Notes: generated by a model from the sequence alone, not told the origin. A stretch of 64,000 bases of DNA from Candidatus Poribacteria bacterium (GCA_963666305.1 OY762722.1:5092812-5156811), one strand, 5' to 3'; positions 29,281 to 39,773 are shown, counted from the stretch's first letter. Program-made: numbers and translations.

Positions 29281-30293
29281 TTGTCCTCTTGGACTGCTTC
29301 ATCGTCTGTCTTTTGTTGAATTGTCTGCCACCATTTCCAATTTTCGACGTACCACTGGATCGTCTCACGCATACCATCTTCAAATGCAATAGTCGGTTTC
29401 CAACCCACATCACGGGTGATCTTGCTTGAATCCAAGAGATAACGACAATCATGCCCGGGTCGGTCCGGAACATAAGTTTTCAGATGCTGTGGTTTGTCAA
29501 GAATATCCAATATGAAATCGCTAATCTCTTCAATACTCTTCTCCACGCCACTCCCGACATTGTAGGTCTCGCCAATTTTGCCGTACTTGAGAACTGCCGC
29601 GATTGCCCGGCAATGATCCTCAACATGCAACCATTCGCGTCGGTTATGACTGCTTCGGTAGAGCGTTAACGGTAAATCTTGGATTGCATTCGTTGCAAAG
29701 AGTGGAATGAGTTTCTCCGGATGCTGATACGGACCGTAATTGTTTGCACAATTGGAAATCGTTATCGGCATACCGAAACTATGAAAATAAGCATTCACGA
29801 GATGATCCGCTGCCGCTTTAGAGGCATTGTAGGGCGTCTGTGGACGATAGGGTGCGGTTTCACTAAACCTATCGGGAGAATCTAAAGGCAATTCACCATA
29901 TACCTCACATGTAGAGATGTGATGAAACCGCTGCATGCCGTACTTCCGAGACGCATCCAGTAACACCTGCGTTCCTATCACGTTCGTTTCGAAGAACCGC
30001 CGCGGATGCAAAATCGCCCGACTGTTGTGTGACTCTGCAGCGAAATTGACAATTACGTCCGGACCCTCTGTTTCCAGAATGTTTTCCACAAGGGCAACGT
30101 CCAGAATGTCGCCGTGCACAAACCTGTACCGCTTTGGGTAATAGGTTTCCGCTATGTCCGTCAGATTGGAGAGATTTCCAGCGTACGTCAGCCGGTCAAA
30201 GTTGACAATTGCATCGTCCGAATTGTGTTGTAGCCAATATCGGATGAAGTTGGTACCGATAAACCCAGCACCACCCGTGACCAATAATTTCAT
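29256..30293 (-). CDS. rfbB: dTDP-glucose 4,6-dehydratase
   Basis: LVTGGAGFIG, LTYAGN, NFAAESH, YNASKA, NNYGPYQHPEKLIP, DRPGHD. Confidence 0.9.
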   Translation of the reverse strand: MKLLVTGGAGFIGTNFIRYWLQHNSDDAIVNFDRLTYAGNLSNLTDIAETYYPKRYRFVHGDILDVALVENILETEGPDVIVNFAAESHNSRAILHPRRFFETNVIGTQVLLDASRKYGMQRFHHISTCEVYGELPLDSPDRFSETAPYRPQTPYNASKAAADHLVNAYFHSFGMPITISNCANNYGPYQHPEKLIPLFATNAIQDLPLTLYRSSHNRREWLHVEDHCRAIAAVLKYGKIGETYNVGSGVEKSIEEISDFILDILDKPQHLKTYVPDRPGHDCRYLLDSSKITRDVGWKPTIAFEDGMRETIQWYVENWKWWQTIQQKTDDEAVQEDKWETFTGR

Positions 30294-31063
30294 CAAAGTT
30301 TTCCTTCCGAAAGGTCGGATAGGGTCATCCAATCTGGATCTATTTCGTCGACCTCGGTGATGTCATCTTCAGATATCGCGAGTGCTTTGTCTATCATCTG
30401 CTTTTTCAAGTGGGTCTCCGCTGATTTTCTTTTTCCTGTCGGCGCGAGAATGTCTAAATCTACTTTTTCATGTGCCGCGGCGACCTGTTTTTGAGCCTGG
30501 TTGAGTTCGTGGCGAACAAAGATAAAATAAACATCATCACCGTTTGGCATGTCGTCAAGCGACTCAAGAAGATTTAGAAATGTATTCGGTTCGTTTTCTT
30601 CTAACCATTTCATTGACTCAGCAAAGGCAACTCGCGTTCTATATTGATACATGTTATGATTGCGTTCTCGCAGGACAGACCAAAGCCGTTTCACTCGGTT
30701 GATATGTTGCTCTGTTAGTGTGCCTTCGCCATTAAGGGCAAGTTTTCGTCTTTTCCGTTCTGCTTTTGCCGCTACGCGTTCCGCTGCCTGCTGCTCTTCT
30801 CGTGCCGCATAGTCCTCTAATAGTGCCTGCTCGCGTGCTTTCCTCTGGGCATCAAATCGAGCGTAAAGTGCCGCAACTGCCGGTTCTATCATAACAGTCT
30901 TAAATTTTTCCGGATCCCGGCGTTCAACGTACAACAACGATTCATAAGCAAGCGGATCCGCATTCGGCGAATTTAACGTCGCCAGTCGTAAGACTCGCTC
31001 GGCATGCTGTTCTGTCTTTGTGCCGACGCCATTCAAACGTAATTTACCGCGTTTTTTTGCCAT
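30293..31063 (-). CDS. Hypothetical protein with internal duplicated motif and coiled-coil
   Basis: LxLNGxGTxTEQHxxRV twice; TGATG overlap with rfbB; AGGAG before 31063. Confidence 0.7.
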   Translation of the reverse strand: MAKKRGKLRLNGVGTKTEQHAERVLRLATLNSPNADPLAYESLLYVERRDPEKFKTVMIEPAVAALYARFDAQRKAREQALLEDYAAREEQQAAERVAAKAERKRRKLALNGEGTLTEQHINRVKRLWSVLRERNHNMYQYRTRVAFAESMKWLEENEPNTFLNLLESLDDMPNGDDVYFIFVRHELNQAQKQVAAAHEKVDLDILAPTGKRKSAETHLKKQMIDKALAISEDDITEVDEIDPDWMTLSDLSEGKL

Positions 31064-31430
31064 CAAGCCGCTCCTTCTACTTGTGTTGAACAACTATATC
31101 TTATCAAAAATGAGTGTGGTCTGTCAATCTAAATTAGTTTTTATGGGTATGTAAATATTTCGGCAGTGTTCTGCTGTGGAAACGGTGTTTCTACCAAAGC
31201 CCTCGTCAAAACACATAGCACTTTCTTCGGCTTGCTGCTACAGAGAATCCTGATCTCTCTAAACATATCATGCCGCAGAAGCCCCTTGGCGTATTTAGTG
31301 TCAAAAACTTTACACACCTGAAAAGGATAAAATAGTTGACCAATAATCGTGAATATCATAGAATAAAAGTCAAGTCCAAATCGTAATACTTTAGCAGTGC
31401 AGGGTCCCGTGCCTTGCGAAGGGGAAAATA

Positions 31431-32369
31431 ATGCGCCAACGCAAATTAGGGAATACAGGGTTAACCGTTTCTGAAATCGGCATGGGAACATGGGAACTCG
31501 GTGGTCGTGAATGGGGAGACATCGGTGAAACCGATGCCGTTGATCTCCTCCGATACGCCTTTGAAAGTGGTGTCACCTATTACGATACGGCAGACCAATA
31601 CGGCGGAGGCCGTGCTGAACGAATCCTCGGTGAAGCATTTTCAGCTCTCGGCAATAGAGTTACCATTGCAACGAAACTTGGCTATGAATTGGATTCCGAT
31701 GGCTGGATTAGCCACGGATGGGAACATCCATCGTTCAATGTCTCACCGGATTACATCCGCATGGCAGTTGAAGGGAGTCTCACGCGATTGAAGCGGGATG
31801 TAATAGACATCTATCAATTCCACTCACCTCCGCCTGCAGAGGCGTGGGATGACGCGTTTGGGACAATGGAGGAACTCAAAACCGAAGGGAAAATTCGCTT
31901 TTATGGGTTGGGTCTCGGAAGTGAGGCAGATGCGCTGAAGGCAATAGAAGAAACCGGTATTTCTTCGTTGATGCTCACCTACAATATTCTCACCCAAGAG
32001 ATGGCAACTCCTGTGATGGAAACCGCCGCCGAGAACGGTGTCGCTGTTGTTGTTCGACAGCCGTTATCGTCAGGTTTACTCTCTGGGCAACTCGGTCCGG
32101 ACACCGTCTTTGCGGAGAACGACTATCGAAAGACGTGGTCCCGTGAGAAATTTCTCGCCGATCTGGAGCGGGTAGAACAGGTTAAAGCGATCATACAGAA
32201 TAAAGCACGAAGTCTCCCACAAGCCGCACTTAAATTTATTTTAGCACACTCGGCTGTCTCTTGCGTTGTTCCAGGGATGATGACCCCTGCACAAGTTGAC
32301 GACGGGGTTGCGACTTCGGGTGCGGGGTCTTTGCCTGCCGACATTTTGAAGCAATTACGTAACGATTGA
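31431..32369 (+). CDS. Aldo/keto reductase
   Basis: LGNTGLTVSEIGMGTW, DTADQYG, IATK, IDIYQFH. Confidence 0.92.
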   Translation: MRQRKLGNTGLTVSEIGMGTWELGGREWGDIGETDAVDLLRYAFESGVTYYDTADQYGGGRAERILGEAFSALGNRVTIATKLGYELDSDGWISHGWEHPSFNVSPDYIRMAVEGSLTRLKRDVIDIYQFHSPPPAEAWDDAFGTMEELKTEGKIRFYGLGLGSEADALKAIEETGISSLMLTYNILTQEMATPVMETAAENGVAVVVRQPLSSGLLSGQLGPDTVFAENDYRKTWSREKFLADLERVEQVKAIIQNKARSLPQAALKFILAHSAVSCVVPGMMTPAQVDDGVATSGAGSLPADILKQLRND

Positions 32370-32377
32370 GGGGCTAT

Positions 32378-32683
32378 ATGAAGGTTATCGCGGATCTCTG
32401 TGTTGTTCCAATGGGAGTTGGTGTCTCAGTCTCGAAATATGTCACGGCGTGTGAAAAAGTGCTGAAGGAAGCGGGTTTGGAGACAAAACTGCACGCTTAC
32501 GGCACCAACATCGAAGGCGAATGGGATGTTGTATTTGCCGCGATCCGGCGGTGTCACGAAGTCGTCCATGAGATGGGAGCACCCCGAATTACAACCACAC
32601 TCAAGTTTGGCACACGCGTCGACAGAACACAGACAATGGACGATAAGGTTAGCAGCGTCCAAAAGCAATTGCAGGCAGAATGA
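32378..32683 (+). CDS. MTH1187/YkoF thiamine-binding family protein
   Basis: VVPMG..SVSKYV, HAYGTNIEGEWD, RVDR. Confidence 0.85.
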   Translation: MKVIADLCVVPMGVGVSVSKYVTACEKVLKEAGLETKLHAYGTNIEGEWDVVFAAIRRCHEVVHEMGAPRITTTLKFGTRVDRTQTMDDKVSSVQKQLQAE

Positions 32684-32719
32684 CTGATGTACATCTTCAA
32701 GTTTAAGTGGAAAATAAAT

Positions 32720-32748
32720 TTGACTTTTCTGGTAACCCGTGCTAAACT
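32720..32748 (+). promoter_or_regulatory. Sigma70-type promoter
   Basis: TTGACT-17 bp-TAAACT with extended TG. Confidence 0.55.
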
Positions 32749-32801
32749 ATTTCCGTTAGTTGAACAGAAACGATAATCAAAATATGGAGGTAATTTAAAA
32801 A

Positions 32802-33494
32802 ATGAAAAGCAGATTTATGCTTTTGGCAGTGTGTGCTATCGGAGTTCTTCTTATGGCACAATTTGCTACTGCCTTAGACAAAATTGAAGGTCCTTGGTAT
32901 TGGATGATCACCGAGAGTCCCGCTGGCGGTGGTGGTGCCCTTGTAACAGATGAAGACGGTATCGACGAGGCAACAAAGGGTAAACTAACCGAGGAAGATG
33001 TCGCAGAACAGGGCATTACAAAGGATATTCTGAAGGTCAAATTTGCCGAAAATTACGAATGGACCGAGGGAGAAATCGCCGCAGCCGGGGGGAACAACAT
33101 CAATGATATGCTCATAAAGATTAAGTTGGGCCCCGGGGGCGATGTCAATGACCACTGCTCCTACGCCGTGATCAACGCTGTATCAAAAACTACGAAGAAG
33201 GGTGCTGAAGCCCGTGTCGGCAGCGATGATTCCGTCAAGGTCTGGATGAACGGTGAGGAGGTTCACAAAAACCCTGTCAACCGCGGTGCTGGTGATTTTC
33301 AGGACACTTTCGAGGTAGATATCAAGAAAGGCGATAACGTTTTCATGGTTAAAGTCTGTGAACGCGGCGGTGGTTGGAGCATGTTCGCCGGGATCGACGC
33401 GCCTTTGGAATATAACCTGGAGTTTAAGGGACTTCCCGTTGAACCCGCTGGCAAATTAGCAACACAGTGGGCAGAAGTCAAAAGTTCTTACTAA
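32802..33494 (+). CDS. Secreted beta-sandwich protein with C-terminal VEPAGKLATQWAEVK
   Basis: Signal peptide; GSDDSVKVWMNG...VKVCERGGGW domain. Confidence 0.8.
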   Translation: MKSRFMLLAVCAIGVLLMAQFATALDKIEGPWYWMITESPAGGGGALVTDEDGIDEATKGKLTEEDVAEQGITKDILKVKFAENYEWTEGEIAAAGGNNINDMLIKIKLGPGGDVNDHCSYAVINAVSKTTKKGAEARVGSDDSVKVWMNGEEVHKNPVNRGAGDFQDTFEVDIKKGDNVFMVKVCERGGGWSMFAGIDAPLEYNLEFKGLPVEPAGKLATQWAEVKSSY

Positions 33495-33758
33495 GTTGAT
33501 ATTTTAGCCGGTATTACTGTTTCCGGAACTCACAATTCGGAACCGTTTTTATCGGCTAAAATCGCACAAAGTTTTTTGTGCTTGATTTAATTGTGGTATA
33601 TTTGTTAAACTAATCTAAATATGTTGTCCTATCTTTGTAAGTATCGGTACAATATTGTAGCCGCGATTTCTGATTGAGGTGCAGCCGAGCCCGCAAGAAC
33701 AGGCAACACTGATTTCACTGTGTTTCGTTTAAAAGTAAAAAATTAATTGGAGGATTTC

Positions 33759-34985
33759 ATGTATAGAAAATTGTTCACAATAGGGTTCGCATGTCTCATA
33801 GCACTTTTCGTTATGGCACAAACTGCCGATGCCCAAGATAAAATTACGGGTCCGTGGCTCTGGATGATTGCGCCAACCGCGGCAAACGAAGGTGGGGCGA
33901 ATTCGACCGATATCGATTCACTTGCTGAAGCCAGTGGTGGTGATGTCACTGAGGACGATGTCGCAGCAAACGGTGCCAGCGAAGGCGACGCAGTCGGTGA
34001 CCTGGTATGGACGCTCGGTGAGATCGCCGATACCGGTGGTAACAATGTCAACGATCTCGTCAATGAGATTGGCTTGGGTGAAGGCGATGTCAACGACCAC
34101 TCGTCTTATGCACTCATCACGCTTGAATCCGACTCTGATCAGAGCGGTGTCGATATGAAAGTCGGCAGTGATGACTCTGTCAAGGTCTGGCTCAACGGTG
34201 AAGTGGTTCACACAAACGCTGTCAACCGCGGTGCCGGTGATTTTCAGGACACATTTCAGGTTGACCTGCAAACAGGCAATAATCTCTTACTCGTGAAGGT
34301 CAGTGAACGTGGTGGTGGTTGGAGCATGTTCGCCGGTGTTGATGCCGACGTGAATGCTGTCTATAAAGCCCCCGGTGCTGTAGATGGAAAAATTACGGGG
34401 CCCTGGCTCTGGGTGATTGCCCCGACTGCAGCAAACGAAGGCGGCGCAAATTCGACCGATATCGATTCGCTTTCTGAAGCCAGTAGCGGTACTGTCACTG
34501 AGGACGATGTCGCAGCAAACGGTGCAAACGAAGGCGACGCAGTCGGTGACTTGGCATGGACGGTCGGTGAGATCGCCGATACAGGCGGCAACAACGTCAA
34601 CGATCTCGTCAATGAGTTAGGCTTGGGTGAAGGTGATGTCAACGACCATTCCGTTTATGGACTGGTCCTCCTTGAGGCTGATGAAGCTCAGGATGGCGTT
34701 CCGGCGAAAGTCGGTAGTGATGACTCCGTCAAAGTCTGGTTCAACGGTGAAGTGGTTCACACAAACGCTGTCAACCGCGGTGCTGGCGACTTCCAAGATG
34801 ATTTCACAGTTGACTTGAGAGCAGGTACTAATGTCCTGTTGGTGAAGGTCAGTGAACGTGGCGGCGGCTGGAGCCTGTTCGCCGGTGTCGGTGGCACGTG
34901 GACTCTCCGTCCTGGTAACAATTTCGTTTCCGTCGAACCTACGGGGAAACTCTTCACAACTTGGGGAAGCCTGAAAACCAAGTAA
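33759..34985 (+). CDS. Secreted acidic protein with two tandem copies of the same domain and C-terminal VEPTGKLFTTWGSLK
   Basis: KITGPWLW...GSDDSVKVW..ERGGGWS duplicated; paralog of 32802. Confidence 0.85.
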   Translation: MYRKLFTIGFACLIALFVMAQTADAQDKITGPWLWMIAPTAANEGGANSTDIDSLAEASGGDVTEDDVAANGASEGDAVGDLVWTLGEIADTGGNNVNDLVNEIGLGEGDVNDHSSYALITLESDSDQSGVDMKVGSDDSVKVWLNGEVVHTNAVNRGAGDFQDTFQVDLQTGNNLLLVKVSERGGGWSMFAGVDADVNAVYKAPGAVDGKITGPWLWVIAPTAANEGGANSTDIDSLSEASSGTVTEDDVAANGANEGDAVGDLAWTVGEIADTGGNNVNDLVNELGLGEGDVNDHSVYGLVLLEADEAQDGVPAKVGSDDSVKVWFNGEVVHTNAVNRGAGDFQDDFTVDLRAGTNVLLVKVSERGGGWSLFAGVGGTWTLRPGNNFVSVEPTGKLFTTWGSLKTK

Positions 34986-35015
34986 TGCTTGGCTTTGCCA
35001 TGCATAGTTAAAATG

Positions 35016-35059
35016 AAAGGACGCAGCCAAAAAGTATCGGCTGCGTCCTTTTCCTTTTT
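35016..35059. terminator. Bidirectional intrinsic terminator
   Basis: aaaggacgcagcc / ggctgcgtccttt 13-bp stem between convergent genes, with T tail. Confidence 0.8.
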
Positions 35060-35067
35060 AAGTCTTG

Positions 35068-35919
35068 CTATCGTCCCATGAGTTCCATAAAGATTGGTAA
35101 CGATTCCCTAAATCCGTCCTCGCGTGTCCCGCCCACCGGTGTGTAGACGCTCTCTAAGGAGATCGCACCGTCGTATCCATCCCGTTTCAAAGCATTCACA
35201 ATGTCATTGTAGTAAGGATCCATCTGTCCTTGACGCATCGCACAGAAATCGAATGTCGCCGCTGGTAGGTTCACAACTCCATCCTTGAGATGAACGTGGG
35301 CAATGTGTTCGCGGATAATTTCATAGCCGTTCGGATAGGGGATCTCGGTACAATAGAGGGAACTACACGGATCCCAGAGTACTTTTAGATGTGGCGCGTC
35401 TAACTCATCAATCAACTTTCTCGCAAGGTATGCCGATGTCACGTTACCGGAGATTGCGGTTTCAATGACAAGTGTAACACCCGCTGCATTGGCGATTCGC
35501 AACGGTTCCTCTAACCTGTTCAGGAGTGTCGTCCACGTCCCTTCGGAGATAATGGGTTCTGCTCCAAAAAGCACCATCTCTTTTCGGAAACTAAAAATCC
35601 TTACGAGGTTCGTGCCGAGTGCTTGGGCAACATCAATACACCGTTGTAACGTCGCAATGTGTCCACGATACGCAGGCGCATCAACTGCCGTATCCACAGG
35701 AAGTGCCGTGAGATTGTGATGCGAGATACACGACACCTTTAGATTCCGTTCCTCGATTAACGCCTTGACTCGTTCTATGTCCGCATCCGTCAGATCGCCA
35801 ACCTGCTTTTCCCAAAGGTACTGTAATTCAACGTATTCCAATCCAGTTTCTACCATCGCATCGAGCGCATACTCGAAGTCCCGGCTGATTCCATCTGTGA
35901 TAGTTCCCAATTTGAACAT
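35068..35919 (-). CDS. Sugar phosphate isomerase/epimerase (xylose isomerase-like TIM barrel)
   Basis: LVIET, WDP, HVHLKD, ISLE metal ligands. Confidence 0.85.
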   Translation of the reverse strand: MFKLGTITDGISRDFEYALDAMVETGLEYVELQYLWEKQVGDLTDADIERVKALIEERNLKVSCISHHNLTALPVDTAVDAPAYRGHIATLQRCIDVAQALGTNLVRIFSFRKEMVLFGAEPIISEGTWTTLLNRLEEPLRIANAAGVTLVIETAISGNVTSAYLARKLIDELDAPHLKVLWDPCSSLYCTEIPYPNGYEIIREHIAHVHLKDGVVNLPAATFDFCAMRQGQMDPYYNDIVNALKRDGYDGAISLESVYTPVGGTREDGFRESLPIFMELMGR

Positions 35920-35996
35920 TCAATCCCTCTCAATTTCTTTGTCTTTGTAGGCTTCAAAAGCACTAAATACACTCTCGCAAGATTCTTGCCTCACAA

Positions 35997-36890
35997 TTAT
36001 TCCGTTTTTCGGATCTCAATACCTGCAATGTTTTCAAGGATTTTGACAATCGTCCAGTTATCCTCGTCAGGATTTACGGATTTCCCCGCTTGAAAGAGTT
36101 CAAAAGCGGCACTCGCTGCGAAAAGCGGTACACCACAATCGCTTGCCATATTTTTCGCCAAAGTGAGGTCCTTATACATTGTGCCGATATTACTCTGCCC
36201 TTTGAAATTCCGATCTAATATATTTTGTGTTGTGTCCCTGAACAGGAAATTTCCAACGACACTTGTGCTGACAACATCGCGAAGTGTTTCCGGTGCTACA
36301 CCTGCCTTCACCGCCAACGTTAGTGCTTCAAAGATACCGGCATAAGTAACGCCAATTAGGACTGCAAGTGCTGACTTGACGGTTTGACCCATCCCAGCCT
36401 CTTCTCCAACATGGTAGATATCCCGTCCGACGGCTTCAAGCACCGATTTTGATGCTTCAAACGTCTCCTTGGGTGCCGATACCATCATTGTGAGGGTTCC
36501 AGCGGTGGCACCCGGTGCCCCACCACTGACAGGGGCATCGACAATATTAAATCCTTTTTCTGTCACCAGTTCGGCGACCTCTATCACCTGTGAGCGTCCG
36601 ATTGTCGCCGTACAGATAACTGTGCCTCCCGGTTTGAGTTCTGCCAGTAGTCCATCTTCTGTAAGAAGTGCCGCTTTGACCTGTTCAACATTCAGAACCA
36701 TGATAAAGACGGTGTCTGCAGCCGCGCCCACTTCGCGCGGCGATGTAGCGGCGTATGCTCCCTCTTGCACAAGTGTTTCCAACGGCTCTGGGCGGACATC
36801 ATACACAGTGAGTTCGTGTCCCGCTTTCAGGATGTTTCTTGACATCCCCATCCCCATATTGCCAACCCCGATTAATCCAACTTTTGCCAT
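35997..36890 (-). CDS. 3-hydroxyisobutyrate/tartronate semialdehyde dehydrogenase family
   Basis: VGLIGVGNMGMGM, DAPVSGG, GQTVK, KDL. Confidence 0.88.
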   Translation of the reverse strand: MAKVGLIGVGNMGMGMSRNILKAGHELTVYDVRPEPLETLVQEGAYAATSPREVGAAADTVFIMVLNVEQVKAALLTEDGLLAELKPGGTVICTATIGRSQVIEVAELVTEKGFNIVDAPVSGGAPGATAGTLTMMVSAPKETFEASKSVLEAVGRDIYHVGEEAGMGQTVKSALAVLIGVTYAGIFEALTLAVKAGVAPETLRDVVSTSVVGNFLFRDTTQNILDRNFKGQSNIGTMYKDLTLAKNMASDCGVPLFAASAAFELFQAGKSVNPDEDNWTIVKILENIAGIEIRKTE

Positions 36891-37137
36891 AAATTACCTC
36901 AAGGAATTTCATAAATAATAGTATATAGAATTGACACAGATTGCGCATCTTTTAAGAGTTGTACTGTGTATATGGATCCCGCTGTAACTGTGCCAATAAA
37001 CGTCGGTTGAGTTTATCATGGATTTTCAGAAATGTCAATCAGTTTCCGATCCGGGTATGTCATGCATTTTTTATGTGAATTTTTCTGGTTTATGCTATAA
37101 TTAGACATTCACACATGAAAGAAAAGGAGCCAAATAA

Positions 37138-38163
37138 ATGGCAGATACCATCAAAGGTGCCGTCCTCGGATATGGAGCGGCATTCAATATGGGCAAAGCC
37201 CACGCAAACATGATGAAAAATACAGACGGCATCGAATGTGTTGCCATCTGCGACATCGATCCGGCGCGAACAAAAGCTGCGCAAGAGGATTTCCCCGGAG
37301 TCCGCACCTATAACTCGGTTGAAGAACTCAATGCGGACGATGGCGTCAATCTTATCGCGAATGTCCTTCCGCATAGTCTGCACTGTGGTCCAACCGTAGC
37401 AAGTCTTAAAGCAGGTAAGGATGTCGTTGTCGAGAAACCGATGTGCGTCACAATCGCAGAAGCCACTGAAATGATCACGACCGCCAAAGAGAACGATGTT
37501 ATGTTGTCTGTTCATCACAATCGGCGGTGGGATGCCGACTTTTGGACGCTTCGTGAACTCGTTCATTCCGGTGTTATCGGCAAAGTTTTTAGTGTTGAGA
37601 TGTGGGGTGGCGGTTATGGCAGACCCAACCCAGATTGGTGGCGCAGTGTCAAGGCGATCTCAGGTGGACAATTCTACGATTGGGGTGCCCACTATCTGGA
37701 TTGGCTACTCAATGTCCTTGAGGCCCCGATGATCAACGTCACTGGCTTCTATCAACCGAACCTCGTCTGGGACGATATTACCAACGAGGACCATGTCCAA
37801 GCCATTGTTCGGTTTGCAGGTGGGGAAGTGGTTGCGGATGGAGCGGCGGCGAATATCCAGATGTCTAACATCGCGAAAATTGGGGGATCACGATGGAAAC
37901 TGCTCGGCTCACACGGGGCGATTACTGACGGAGACGGAGGGTTTAAGGTCTTATCTGAAGCCAAAGGACATCCCAAAGAGCAACAGATTGGTTACCATCG
38001 TAGACCGGGACCTACCTACTATGAGAATATCGTCGCTCATTTAAATGATGGCACGCCGTTACTTGTGACACCGGAATCCGCGCGCCGCGTTATCGCTATC
38101 ATGGATTTGGCGGAAAAATCTGCCAAAACACATCAGGCAGAAACAGTACCTTACGAGTTTTAA
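37138..38163 (+). CDS. Gfo/Idh/MocA family oxidoreductase
   Basis: GYG, VEKPM, HNRRWD, DWGAH. Confidence 0.9.
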   Translation: MADTIKGAVLGYGAAFNMGKAHANMMKNTDGIECVAICDIDPARTKAAQEDFPGVRTYNSVEELNADDGVNLIANVLPHSLHCGPTVASLKAGKDVVVEKPMCVTIAEATEMITTAKENDVMLSVHHNRRWDADFWTLRELVHSGVIGKVFSVEMWGGGYGRPNPDWWRSVKAISGGQFYDWGAHYLDWLLNVLEAPMINVTGFYQPNLVWDDITNEDHVQAIVRFAGGEVVADGAAANIQMSNIAKIGGSRWKLLGSHGAITDGDGGFKVLSEAKGHPKEQQIGYHRRPGPTYYENIVAHLNDGTPLLVTPESARRVIAIMDLAEKSAKTHQAETVPYEF

Positions 38164-38451
38164 TTTTTCCTTGCAGTTACACGACGCGACGCATGATTGA
38201 ACGTTCTTCGCTTAAGAGCTGAAAAAATGTCCAAGTAATACGCAAAAATACCCAAGCAAAAACACCCCTCCATTCATTTCGGGCTACGTTTCGGTGCTAT
38301 TTTAATTGGGGTACTCGGGGCGTAGGTCGCTATTAGAAATTTCGTAAGTCTTGCAGATCTTAATGCCGTTACGGACTCTAATCACGTAGAGAATGACAGG
38401 AAACCCGCAAGGACAACGGACGCAGCGGACCAGAGGTCCATAATTAAAAAA

Positions 38452-39467
38452 ATGAAAGCTATCGTTTTTGAGAAAATTCAGCAACTACGTATCCATGAGA
38501 AACCCATCCCGATACTCACTACCGGTGATGTGCTCATTCAGATGGAACTCTGCGGCATTTGCGCCTCTGACCTTGCCGCGCTACGCGGAGATGTATCGGA
38601 TTACGCGCCTCCCGTCGTGATGGGACATGAATTCTCAGGCATCGTGGTAGAAAGTCAACACCCGATGTCAAAATCGGTGAACGGGTTACTGTCAATCCGA
38701 TGCTTTCCTGCGGTGTATGCCCGGAATGCCAGAACGATCTGGACAAATACTGCAATACCATTGAGGGCATCGGTCACGATATTGATGGTGGTTACGCCGA
38801 ATATATGAGGATGCCAAAACATGGTGTGGATACCGGCAAGCTTATCCGCGTCCCAGACAGCGTTCCACCTGAAGAGTTACTCTTTTTAGAACCTTTGGGC
38901 TGCTGTCTGAACGCAATGCGGGAAACACTTTTCAAGAATTCTGTCGCTATCTTGGGTGCCGGTCCTATCGGCTTGATACTCACGCAATTGACGAAACGAG
39001 CGGGTTTAACAACCTACGTGGTTGAACCGCAGGCTCACCGCAGGGCTGTCGCCGAAACGCTCGGTGCCGATCACACTTTTGATACTTCGCCCGGGGCTGT
39101 CACGCAACTCCAAGACCTTACTGGTGGCGGCGTTGATACTGTCATCTCTGCCACAACCAACAATGCGTCCGCAATAGCACTCGCTTTTGATATTGTCCGC
39201 CGAGGGGGATGCCTCAACTTCTTTGGGCTTGCCCCGGATGGCGAAACGCTCAATATCAACTTAGAAGAATTCCACTACGCGGGTCATAAACTGATGGCTT
39301 CGTGGGCGTTTTCTCGCTCCAGTCTTGAAGAGTCGCGGCAACTCCTGATAGAAAAGGCACTCAATTTCAAACCGCTGTTAACAGATCGGTTTCCAATTGC
39401 CCAAGGTTTAGCCGCGTTCGACAATGCTGGTGCAGGGCTTGGCATCAAGACGGTAGTTCATCCATAA
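38452..39467 (+). pseudogene. Zn-dependent alcohol dehydrogenase split by a 1-nt frameshift near 38660
   Basis: CGICASD and GHE in the first frame; CGVCPEC..C and GAGPIG in the second; adding one base at caaca^cccgat restores HPDVKIGERV. Confidence 0.8.
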
Positions 39468-39773
39468 TTAGGTCTCATCAGTTGACAATTTTCCAACTCT
39501 ATATTATCCGATAGCGGTGTCTTTCAACTCGGAAATTCCTGCGTATAACATACAAATTTTGTGAATTAACACTCAATTTCTGCACGTTTATAGTTCAAAA
39601 ATTATAAATAGATTTAATCTCTTCAGCAGATGTGATTTTTTTGCGAAAAAAAATTGATGTTTACCTTCACTCCGATAAACCTAATAGGTATCTGTATTTT
39701 AGATGCATCACAGCAAAAAACACGTTTGGAATATCGGTAGTTTTGACCCGAAGATACATTTTATTTCAGGAAC

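Noticed and set aside
33840-34900. Near-identical DNA repeats as a DGR template/variable pair
   Set aside because: Both copies are in-frame protein domains, differences are not adenine-specific, and no reverse transcriptase is in the window.
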